This document shows, in pieces, positions 39,059 to 47,633 of a stretch of DNA of 64,000 nucleotides (position 1 is its first letter; the number at the start of each line of letters is the position of its first letter). Position numbers and translations under genes: made by a program. The stretch is from a bacterium. GTDB lineage: Bacteria > SM23-31. Under the pieces are notes generated by a model that searched no databases, had not been told where the DNA came from, and saw only the letters and a list, made by a program, of their open reading frames with translations. Location: positions 2,560,001 through 2,624,000 of the forward strand of contig OZ252239.1 of assembly GCA_965249485.1 (NCBI GenBank), in the 5' to 3' direction.

Positions 39059-40078
39059 TCACGAGAATTGTTCTAAAAACCGGATATCATTATCATAAAA
39101 AAGCCGGATATCATCTATCTTGTATTTCAACATAGCTATACGCTCAATACCAATACCCCATGCATACCCTGTGTATTTTTCCGGATCATATCCTACTGCT
39201 TCAAACACATCAGGATCAACCATGCCAGCGCCGGATATCTCAATCCATCCGGTGCCTTTACAGACAGAACATCCTTTACCACCACACATTATGCAAGTAA
39301 AATCATATTCGACACTCGGCTCAGTGAACGGGAAAAATCCAGAACGAAACCGGATATCGATTTTAGGCCCGAATAGAGCGTGGGCGAATGTCAGCAAAGC
39401 CCCTTTAAGTTCTGCAAGAGTAACTCCCTCATCAACGTAAAGCCCCTCAACCTGATAAAATACCGGTGAATGTGTCGCATCAGGAGTATCTTTCCGGAAT
39501 ACCCTTCCTGGGGCAATAATGCGGATTGGAGGTTCCTGATTTTCCATGACCCTTATCTGGACAGGAGATGTATGTGTCCGCAGCAATTTGCCATTATTAA
39601 GATAAAAAGTATCCTGCAAATCCCGTGCTGGGTGGTTTTGTGGGATGTTTAGTGCTTCAAAATTGTAATAATCTGTCTCTATATCCGGTCCCATACCAAT
39701 TTCAAATCCCATGCCTTCGAAAATCCCGATTATTTCCTGTTGAATAAGCGTTAGAGGATGCAGTCTCCCTATAAATACATCCCTTCCGGGTAGTGTCATA
39801 TCGACGGTATCATCCTTCGCGATTTTTTTTTCGACCTCGACACGCTTTTTGTCTATAAGCTCCGTGATATTGCTCTTTAAATCGTTGATCTGTTGACCAA
39901 ACTGTGGCTTATCCTGTGGTGATACTCCTGATAATTCTTTAAACAGAAATGTGATGATACCTGCTTTTCTTCCGAGATACTTTATGTGTACGTTACTGAT
40001 CGTATCAAGATCACTGCATGTATCAAGGTCTATCTGAAAATCGCGATAGGTTTTGCTTATTTTATCAGAAAAAGTCAT
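39059..40078 (-). CDS. pheS: Phenylalanine--tRNA ligase alpha subunit
   Basis: HPARDLQDTF, LRTHTSPVQ and FPFTEPS. Confidence 0.98.
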   Translation of the reverse strand: MTFSDKISKTYRDFQIDLDTCSDLDTISNVHIKYLGRKAGIITFLFKELSGVSPQDKPQFGQQINDLKSNITELIDKKRVEVEKKIAKDDTVDMTLPGRDVFIGRLHPLTLIQQEIIGIFEGMGFEIGMGPDIETDYYNFEALNIPQNHPARDLQDTFYLNNGKLLRTHTSPVQIRVMENQEPPIRIIAPGRVFRKDTPDATHSPVFYQVEGLYVDEGVTLAELKGALLTFAHALFGPKIDIRFRSGFFPFTEPSVEYDFTCIMCGGKGCSVCKGTGWIEISGAGMVDPDVFEAVGYDPEKYTGYAWGIGIERIAMLKYKIDDIRLFYDNDIRFLEQFS

Positions 40079-40135
40079 ATTTTAAGATTAGATCAAAGGT
40101 TCGACGAGATAGTGTTTCCACTCACGACTTTCTTC

Positions 40136-40179
40136 AAAAAGAAAAAGCCCTGATTTCACTATTTCAAACAAGGCTTTTT
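40136..40179 (-). terminator. Terminator between rplT and pheS
   Basis: AAAAAGCCTTG...CAGGGCTTTTTCTTTTT on the minus strand. Confidence 0.7.
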
Positions 40180-40243
40180 ACATAATGTGATCTACGTAGC
40201 GCCACGTTGTGCGCATCATGCCACAATATTAGGAAAAAATATA

Positions 40244-40597
40244 TTAAGCGGCAGATTTAGCCTGCTCTACAAGCGACTTAAAAACACCCGGCTCACGCAC
40301 TGCAAGATCAGCTAGTATCTTTCGAGATATAATAATATCAGATTTTTTCAAAGCATTTATAAATTCCGAATAACACAATCCGTGTTCTCTGGCTGCAGCA
40401 TTGATACGGACTATCCAGAGTTTTCTGAATACCCGTTTCCGCTGTCTCCGATCACGATATGAATATAACAACGCCTTCGATACAGAATCTTTGGCACGTT
40501 TTAGCAGTTTGCTACGCGCTCCCCGATATCCTTTTGCTGCCTTGAGTATTTTTTTTCGCCGCTGTCTGGACGCTACTGCATTTGTCGCTCTCGGCAT
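40244..40597 (-). CDS. rplT: 50S ribosomal protein L20
   Basis: AKGYRGARS and [12 protein letters not shown]. Confidence 0.98.
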   Translation of the reverse strand: MPRATNAVASRQRRKKILKAAKGYRGARSKLLKRAKDSVSKALLYSYRDRRQRKRVFRKLWIVRINAAAREHGLCYSEFINALKKSDIIISRKILADLAVREPGVFKSLVEQAKSAA

Positions 40598-40687
40598 CTG
40601 TTTCTCCTTTTGCAGATTTTAGTACTTATAAAAACATTTATACTATCACGTAATGTTTGAATTGCAATTATTATGGAAGTGGAATAC

Positions 40688-40882
40688 TTATTTTACTAAC
40701 ATTCTGTTAATTCTACCAATGTCTGCTTTTGTGACCAAGGTAGCCTGTCTCAGGTTCCGTTTCCGCTTTGGTGATTTTTTTGTAAATATGTGATTCGCGT
40801 TTGCTTTTTCGCGTTTTACTTTTCCGCTCGAAGTAACTTTAAACCGTTTTGCGGCGGCTCTGCGTGTTCTTATTTTTGGCAT
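40688..40882 (-). CDS. rpmI: 50S ribosomal protein L35
   Basis: [17 protein letters not shown]. Confidence 0.97.
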   Translation of the reverse strand: MPKIRTRRAAAKRFKVTSSGKVKREKANANHIFTKKSPKRKRNLRQATLVTKADIGRINRMLVK

Positions 40883-40896
40883 AATATAATCCTATA

Positions 40897-41436
40897 TTAA
40901 GATATTTTACTCAATACTGTCACTAATGTGTTACCTTCTCTCGAAAGAGGAACATCGATTTTCGCAACATCTTCAAGGGAATTTTGAAAATCCTGCATCA
41001 CACCTCTTCCAATTTCCATATGCATCATTTCACGCCCTCGAAATACCATTGAAACTTTTACACGATCTCCCTGCTCAATAAACTTCCTGGCATGCCTGGC
41101 TTTTGTATTCATATCGTGTTTGTCAATTTTGGGACGCATTCTGATTTCTTTTACAACAATAGTGTGTTGTTTTTTACGGCCTTCTTTTTCTTTTTTCGAG
41201 ATTTCATATTTGTATTTGCCATAATCCAAAATTTTACATACCGGCGGAGATACATTCGGAGCAATTTCAATAAGTTCCAGACCGGCGTCTGTTGCTTTTT
41301 CAAGGGCTTCTGCAATTTCAACTACACCAACTTGATTACCATTTTCATCAATAAGTCTCACCTGCGGTGCGCGAATATCACGATTTACTCTTGTTCGTCG
41401 CGATTTTGTCTGGCCACGGTATCGATCGTGTCTTAT
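40897..41436 (-). CDS. infC: Translation initiation factor IF-3 with a non-canonical ATA start
   Basis: RVNRDIRAPQVRLID, PPVCKILDYGK and FRGRE; AAGGAGG-N5-ATA in frame at 41436. Confidence 0.93.
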   Translation of the reverse strand: MRHDRYRGQTKSRRTRVNRDIRAPQVRLIDENGNQVGVVEIAEALEKATDAGLELIEIAPNVSPPVCKILDYGKYKYEISKKEKEGRKKQHTIVVKEIRMRPKIDKHDMNTKARHARKFIEQGDRVKVSMVFRGREMMHMEIGRGVMQDFQNSLEDVAKIDVPLSREGNTLVTVLSKIS

Positions 41437-43367
41437 TGTCGCCTCCTTATTTCGTCAACAATTTTATTTTGAAAATCCTGAACACTCATAAGACCGAGAT
41501 CTCCCTCTTTTCCCTGTCGTACAGAAACTTTTCCGGATTCAACCTCTTTATCGCCAACAATGAGCATATAGGGTACTTTCTTTAGCTCGTTGTCTCGTAT
41601 TTTATATCCAACCTTTTCATTTCGGTTATCAAGATTGACACGAATTTTGTCATGGGCAAATTCACTAAAAAGTGACTTTGCAAACTCATGGTGTTTTTCG
41701 CTGACCGGAATAATAACAACCTGTTCAGGAGCAAGCCACAGTGGAAATCTTCCGCCATACTGTTCAATCAATATTCCTATAAACCGCTCAACAGAACCAA
41801 AAATAGCTCTATGTATCATGACTGGAGTTTCTTTTTGTCCCGATTTTCCGATATAGGATGCACCGAGTCGCTCAGGCATCGAAAAATCAAGCTGTATTGT
41901 ACCACATTGCCACATTCTTCTGAGACAGTCTTTAATATGAAAATCTATCTTGGGTCCATAAAAAGCACCCTCACCCTTACTCACTTTGTAATCAATTTCC
42001 AGTGTAGTGAGAGCATCGGCCAGAACACTTTCGGAAAAATCCCAGATTTCTTGCGATCCTATAGCTTTTTTAGGCTTCGTCGATAATTCTATAAGAACAT
42101 TTTCAAATCCAAAAGTATTGTAAATTTCCAATGTCAAACGTATAATGTTTATAATTTCGTCTTTCATAAGATCGCGTGTGCAATATACATGCGCATCATC
42201 TTGAGTAAACTGTCTTACACGTAGCAAACCATGTAATACCCCGCTCTTTTCGTGCCGGTGCACTAGACCTAACTCCGACAATTTCAGCGGAAAGTCTTTG
42301 TACGACCACATCCTGTTATTATAAACAAGAAGCCCCCCAGGACAATTCATTGGTTTGATCGCATAATCATTACTATCGATCTTAGTGAAGTACATGTTTT
42401 CTTTATAATGGTCCCAATGACCGCTCTTATGCCACAATTCATCATTTAGAATAATCGGGGTCTTGAGCTCCTGATACCCTTCCCTTTGATGAACTTCACG
42501 CCAGTAATCAAGAATTTGGTTGTATAGAACCATCCCCTTGCCGTGCCAGAACACAAAACCAGGAGCTTCTGGCTGAAAGCTGAAGAGATCAAGTTCTTTT
42601 CCTAATTTGCGATGATCACGAAGCTTGGATTCTTTTAAAAACTCCAAATGATCTTTAAGCTGTTGTTCTTTTGGGAATGATACACCATAAATGCGCTGAA
42701 GCATTTTATTGCGTTCATCTCCACGCCAATATGCGCCTGCAAGGCTTGTTAGCTTAATGTGTTTTATTTTCCCAGTAGAAGGTAAATGGGGACCTCTACA
42801 GAGGTCAACAAATTCTCCCTGAGTATATACTTTTTTAGTCTCATCATCACCGATATCTTCTAATATCTCAAGCTTATATTCTTCGTTGCGTTTGGAAAAA
42901 ATCTCTCTGGCTTCTTTTGAATCTACAATTTTACTGTTGATTGGAAGATCTTCTTTGATAAGCTTTTGCATCTCCCCTTCAATACGTTCAAGCTCTTCGG
43001 GTGTCAGCGACACATCCAAATCGATATCATAATAGAAACCGGTATCAATCGGAGGTCCTATAGCAATCTGAGCATCCGGCCAGAGCCGTTTAACAGCTTG
43101 AGCCATAAGATGAGATGTGCTGTGCCAATATATTTCTTGCCCTTCGGTGGAATTAAACGTTAAAATTTCAAGAGAACCGTCCGATTCCAGTGGAGAATCC
43201 AGATCGATAAGAGATCCATTGAATTTTGCTCCGACGGTATCTTTATGCAAACGGTTGCCTATAGCTTTTGCGACATCAAGAGCCGTAGATTCAGAAACAA
43301 AATCCTTTTTACTTCCATCCGGGAGTGTAATCTCAATTTTATTTTCTATTTCGACTTCTGAATTCAT
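41433..43367 (-). CDS. thrS: Threonine--tRNA ligase
   Basis: TGS domain, DLCRGPH, RDHRKLG, KPMNCP and QCGTIQLDF. Confidence 0.98.
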   Translation of the reverse strand: MNSEVEIENKIEITLPDGSKKDFVSESTALDVAKAIGNRLHKDTVGAKFNGSLIDLDSPLESDGSLEILTFNSTEGQEIYWHSTSHLMAQAVKRLWPDAQIAIGPPIDTGFYYDIDLDVSLTPEELERIEGEMQKLIKEDLPINSKIVDSKEAREIFSKRNEEYKLEILEDIGDDETKKVYTQGEFVDLCRGPHLPSTGKIKHIKLTSLAGAYWRGDERNKMLQRIYGVSFPKEQQLKDHLEFLKESKLRDHRKLGKELDLFSFQPEAPGFVFWHGKGMVLYNQILDYWREVHQREGYQELKTPIILNDELWHKSGHWDHYKENMYFTKIDSNDYAIKPMNCPGGLLVYNNRMWSYKDFPLKLSELGLVHRHEKSGVLHGLLRVRQFTQDDAHVYCTRDLMKDEIINIIRLTLEIYNTFGFENVLIELSTKPKKAIGSQEIWDFSESVLADALTTLEIDYKVSKGEGAFYGPKIDFHIKDCLRRMWQCGTIQLDFSMPERLGASYIGKSGQKETPVMIHRAIFGSVERFIGILIEQYGGRFPLWLAPEQVVIIPVSEKHHEFAKSLFSEFAHDKIRVNLDNRNEKVGYKIRDNELKKVPYMLIVGDKEVESGKVSVRQGKEGDLGLMSVQDFQNKIVDEIRRRQ

Positions 43368-43404
43368 TAAAAAATAGTTAAAAGGTTTTTGGATTTATCA
43401 ATAT

Positions 43405-43453
43405 GTGGGCGATACTGGATTCGAACCAGTGACTTCTTGCACGTCAAGCAAGC
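43405..43453 (-). repeat. att site: displaced 3' part of tRNA-Val
   Basis: 47 of 49 bases identical to 46142-46190. Confidence 0.93.
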
Positions 43454-43593
43454 GGTCACGGTCTGGCATTAATTGTCTAAATCATTGATAATTAAAAACA
43501 TGAGCAACTTTCCAAAGACAGGTATCACCACGATTTCAATTGAGATTGTTGCTGTATCTCGTCAATTATTGTCAAATAATAAACAAGAGGATA

Positions 43594-43622
43594 AATATAA
43601 GAAACATAAGAATTAAAGTCAA
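43594..43622 (-). promoter_or_regulatory. Outward sigma70-like promoter inside the element, facing thrS
   Basis: TTGACT-N17-TATATT; the same -10 hexamer occurs at yajC, pyrK and tRNA-Val. Confidence 0.6.
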
Positions 43623-43687
43623 GAATCAAAAGGGAGCTGATATGATTTACAAAATTGACACAATCGGTATCTAATAGGGATTCGCAA

Positions 43688-43891
43688 ATGTCTGATCTAA
43701 AGAATTTAAAAGATACGGCGGACACAATTATCGATGAATTCGAGAAGCTCTGCGCCCTGAAAGGGCATCCTAAATTGGAGTTCATTGGTGAACAGGAATC
43801 GGCTGGCGGCGACCCGATTTACGTGTACAACTGTCAGTACTGCGGGACTGCAGTGAGCGGTGATCCGCCGGAGGATTACGAATGCACGTAG
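43688..43891 (+). CDS. Small hypothetical protein, possible zinc ribbon
   Basis: C-x4-H and CQYC; AGGGA SD before ATG 43688. Confidence 0.6.
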   Translation: MSDLKNLKDTADTIIDEFEKLCALKGHPKLEFIGEQESAGGDPIYVYNCQYCGTAVSGDPPEDYECT

Positions 43892-44018
43892 TAGAATACA
43901 CCCCCTTAGGGGCAGCGATCATCAAGGTTCAACATTAATGGAGATATTTCCAATGCAGAAAGAATACATTCTTGCAGGTGGCGATCCTCTTGAGGGCGGA
44001 GCTTAATATAGGATTAAG

Positions 44019-44303
44019 ATGCCGTTCATTATCCGCATCATCGTATGGATGCTGCGAATCTTCAGTGTTGAGTATAAGGAAGCGACAATGAGGTACAAAA
44101 CCATCAAAAAACCACGAGGATTGAGAAAGTTCACATTAACTCATGAGATGATAAGCAAGTACGCCGGCATAAAACTTATGTTCTATACCGACACGAAGGG
44201 CAATCAGTATGTGATGTGGAATTCATCATACAGACGGTACAATGAAGATGGTTCATTTAGCACGAGAAAGATAGAAGAATGGAGAAAGGCGGTCTTGGAA
44301 TGA
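44019..44303 (+). CDS. Small basic hypothetical protein of the element
   Basis: ORF with an alternative start at 44088 after AAGGAAG; coupled to the next ORF. Confidence 0.55.
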   Translation: MPFIIRIIVWMLRIFSVEYKEATMRYKTIKKPRGLRKFTLTHEMISKYAGIKLMFYTDTKGNQYVMWNSSYRRYNEDGSFSTRKIEEWRKAVLE

Positions 44304-44401
44304 ATTTTAAAGACGCATATGAATTCGCTCTTGCGCTGCTTTTCATAGGTGCATGGTACTGTGCATTGGCGTTGTGGCATATCGCAATGAAAGGGGTGTG
44401 A
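44300..44401 (+). CDS. 33-aa single-TM peptide MNFKDAYEFALALLFIGAWYCALALWHIAMKGV
   Basis: ATGA overlap with the upstream stop; ends 2 nt before the next ATG. Confidence 0.55.
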   Translation: MNFKDAYEFALALLFIGAWYCALALWHIAMKGV

Positions 44402-44403
44402 TT

Positions 44404-44745
44404 ATGAATGATGAAAAAGAAGTGTGCCAGCGTGCTGTTGAATGGCAGGATAGTTTGCTCTCAGAGAGTAAATTTGATGAGCTTATTATGAAAGCCATCG
44501 AACGGGCAGACTCTGGCAACCTCAATAAGATTTGGAAAGTATTCCCGGTCCATGTTGAGGCGTTCCTTAGAGTTAACAATATGCACGATAATCCGTTTGT
44601 AAAGTTCGAGGACAGCCCCACATGGTACAAAGAGACGGAGGACGCATACTGGAAAGATCAGGATATGAAAGAACAATCCGAAAGGGACAGAAACTTGATA
44701 AACGACTGTTTGATGGTGAATGTTATACGTGGGTTCACGGTCTAA
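44404..44745 (+). CDS. Acidic hypothetical protein of the element
   Basis: AAGGGG SD, ATG at 44404, 113 aa. Confidence 0.6.
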   Translation: MNDEKEVCQRAVEWQDSLLSESKFDELIMKAIERADSGNLNKIWKVFPVHVEAFLRVNNMHDNPFVKFEDSPTWYKETEDAYWKDQDMKEQSERDRNLINDCLMVNVIRGFTV

Positions 44746-45127
44746 CTCCTTAGAATAGGCACATTACTGGCACAGGCAACGCTACTGGCATAGGCGAAGC
44801 TAAACATCTTAATCGAGGGATAATGAAACCCATCAAGCTTAAAATAATCGCCATATGCACATACAGTCGCGCCCAATCTGATATCCCTCATCTCGACATT
44901 ATTAAGCTCTTAAAACTCTCACAAAAAAATGCTTGACTTTTTTCTGTAATATTATACCGACATTGTGGGTGAAAACGATCTTAAAAGGATTTTTTATGCC
45001 CGAAAATACTGGGCAGTTATCTGGTTTCATTAAGATATATATCCTTTTGAGACGTTTTCGCAGATAGCTGTCCATTTTTTTATGGAATAAAATGGAATAA
45101 ATTGGAATCCAACAGATAATTTAAAAA

Positions 45128-46102
45128 ATGTCTAAAATCGTAGTCAGATTGCAAAAGGACAAGCGTGGTAGTTACTATCTCGACTATCATGATCTTCTTG
45201 GCAATCGGAGAAGATTGAGAGTCGGCACCCTTGAGTCTGTTGCTCAGAAAATTGCCGTGAAATACACGGAATGGTTAATGGACGGCAAGAATCCGGAAGC
45301 GGAAATTTCCAAAATGGAGCAACGCGCGAAAGCCCGGAACGTAACGGTTAAAGAGTTCTTTCCGATATTTATGAAGCGGCATGGATCGCAACAAAGCGTC
45401 AGCATGCAAAATCTTTATGAAGCAATGTTCAAGAATATATGTCGTGCGAAAGAGATTGCTGATTGTGCCATCGGAAGTGTAACGAGAGGGCTTATTCTTG
45501 ACTATATGCACGCACGTATAGAACGAGATCATGTTAAGAATGCAACAGTGAACCGTGAAGCGTCTTTTTTGCGTGGCATGTTATCACGTGCTGTTGAATG
45601 GGATATAATGTCGTACAATCCAGTGCAGAAGATTAAACTTCTGAGAGAATCCCCCAAGCGTGAAGTTGATTTATCGGTCGAGGCTATAGAGAAGTTTTAT
45701 TTATCACATCATGCAGCAAAACTACTCAAGAAGGTGATTGGTCGGCAGAAATCAGGGCCAGCATTTGTTAATCCTGATACACAAAAGCGATATACGAAAT
45801 CAATATTAAAGACATTTCGCCGGCATATTCGTGAGTTAAATATCCGTATTGAGGACGGCAGCTATTTAAGATTTCATGATCTGCGGCACGTCAATACCTC
45901 TTGGTTGAAAAACCAGGGAGTTAGTCTTGAAGATATACGAGTGTTATTGGGGCACCTGAACGTGAAAACAACCGATAGATATGTCACGGTTGATAAATCG
46001 CTGATAGGAAAACATTTAAACAAAATTCCGCAAATCAGAAGGTCACACGTGCTGGGTGAGTCGGCGGCAATTGGCAGTAAACACAAATTGGGTGTTTGTT
46101 AA
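45128..46102 (+). pseudogene. Phage-type tyrosine integrase with an apparent in-frame loss of Box I
   Basis: Core-binding region (ATVNRE...AVEW...NP), FHDLRH, LLGH and TTDRY present; no TG.R..E motif. Confidence 0.8.
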
Positions 46103-46139
46103 TGCAGACAAAAAAGACACGCAGGTTATTGTTTTTACT

Positions 46140-46216
46140 TGGTAGGCGATACTGGATTCGAACCAGTGACCTCTTGCACGTCAAGCAAGCACTCTAACCA
46201 ACTGAGCTAATCGCCC
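46140..46216 (-). tRNA. tRNA-Val(GAC)
   Basis: GGGCGATTAGCTCAG...CTTGC-TTGACGT-GCAAG...GGTTCGAATCC...ACCA. Confidence 0.97.
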
Positions 46217-46361
46217 ATTCAAAAATTATAAAAAATGGCGTGCCAACTGTCAGTGCGACACACCATTCAAAACGTAACTACTTCATTTCTGCTATTATTG
46301 CTCCTAGGCGTTTTCTGTTGCCGGTATCGTTGGCAATAAAAATCTACTATTAAAATGCAAA

Positions 46362-46390
46362 AATATAATTAATATTACTTTGAAAATCAA
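46362..46390 (-). promoter_or_regulatory. Putative sigma70 promoter upstream of tRNA-Val
   Basis: TTGATT-N17-TATATT. Confidence 0.6.
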
Positions 46391-46579
46391 GGAATTTACA
46401 ACTGGAGTTTACCCACTTTTATTTTCCTGCCATTATTATTACACATCATCATAATTGTATCTTTACTATGCTACCATTATGCCATCTTATACTTTTCTTA
46501 GTTACACGATAGAAATGTCTTGACATAGCTAAGAGAGTTTAGTCTTATTCATACACTGGATAACATAGAAGCTTCGTTA

Positions 46580-46903
46580 TAAGCGAAAAGATTAATGTCA
46601 TAGCTGCGCTTAAAGAGTAGGAAAGAAAACTGCTCGCACAAGCAAATACCATACGTGAAGCTATCACCATTCTGCAAGAGGGGCTTAATATTTCAGATAG
46701 CGAAATTGCTAACGAGTGCAGAAGATTTAAAATCTTCAATTGGTATATCTGAAGCGATCAGAAGAGCGTTTGAAGAATACCCGGATCGTGATTGGACACC
46801 TCCAATGCTACGTGATGCGATGAATAAGTTGCACAGTGAAAAGCTATTAGATTCCGAGGCTAAGGATTTGCTAACATCTATCCGTAGCAAAACAAATCTA
46901 TAA
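46580..46903 (+). pseudogene. Degraded hypothetical gene next to the IS relic
   Basis: Protein-like segments (KINVIAALKE*ERKLL..; ISEAIRRAFEEYPDRDWTPPMLRDAM) broken by a stop and a frameshift. Confidence 0.3.
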
Positions 46904-46909
46904 TCCTCA

Positions 46910-47622
46910 ACCACCAAGTTACAGTGTCTCGAAACGAGGCAAGCTCTCTCCAGTTAGATTAGGTCGTGGTTTCCCGGCAAGAAACACGTCCCTCTCTTCC
47001 CAAAGAGCCTGTGATAAGCGAAGCATCTGGCGGTAGGGCCTCAGTCCCAGTCGAAAACAGTGTATCGCATCAAGAATTGGTCGTTGTATTAATCCGCCCT
47101 GGTCACACGGGGTAGCCTGACGATGCGTCTGGTGAATGAATTTGACTGGCTTGAATGTCTAGGGCGAGGGCACGTGGAAGGTCCGCCAATATGGAGGGAC
47201 CAAACGGTGGGCATAGGTGCAGACCCGAACGACCAATAGTATTGATGATGCGCGGCGTCGTGGAGGCGGTAGATGGGGATGGGGCCTATGACCAATACAA
47301 GGGGTTTTCGACGCGCTGGCTCTGGATGAGGTCATCCTGGCGGTCCGACGTAAAGGGCACAAAGCATGGAAACAGACCAGCGCTATCTTCGACGCTCGTT
47401 GCTCGTTGGCTGAAACGCAGATCTATCGTTATACGTAGCTCATTGGGGACAAGCTGCGAGCGCGGAATGGGTCAGCCAACAGGTTGAAAGTCGGCTGGGC
47501 TGTACAATCCTCAATCGAATGATCCATTTGGGAAAACCGGACGCTTATACCATAGAAAAAATTAACTGATCAAGAAAGAACACCAGCACGACACCTTCGA
47601 GATTTTTCATGCAGCAAAGCCC
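46910..47622 (+). mobile_element. Degenerate IS5-family (IS903 group) transposase remnant with right terminal IR
   Basis: Frameshifted pieces GDGAYD, AWKQTS.Y.RRSLAET..YRY, LIGDKLRAR, ILNRMIHLGKPDAY; end TTCATGCAGCAAAGCC resembles an IS903-type GGCTTTG terminus. Confidence 0.8.
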
Positions 47623-47633
47623 CTACAAAGCCC

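Larger units (their letters stand above)
43405..46190. mobile_element. Small tRNA-Val-integrated element (2737 bp between att copies); prophage or satellite remnant
   Basis: 49-bp direct repeats at 43405-43453 and 46142-46190 (tRNA 3' part, 2 mismatches) flanking an integrase and small ORFs. Confidence 0.92.

Noticed and set aside
40079..40243. pheM-like Phe leader peptide or T-box upstream of pheS
   Set aside because: A terminator is present, but the main ATG mini-ORF (MMRTTWRYVDHIM) has no Phe, the FF-containing frames lack a credible start, and there is no T-box motif.
43454..46139. Filamentous phage (inovirus) identity for the mini-element
   Set aside because: Only one small TM peptide; no pI/Zot-like ATPase, Rep or coat module.
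47089..47487. ORFs 47155-47487, 47089-47295 and 47159-47362 as real genes
   Set aside because: They are mixed-frame or antisense shadows of the decayed IS5 transposase.
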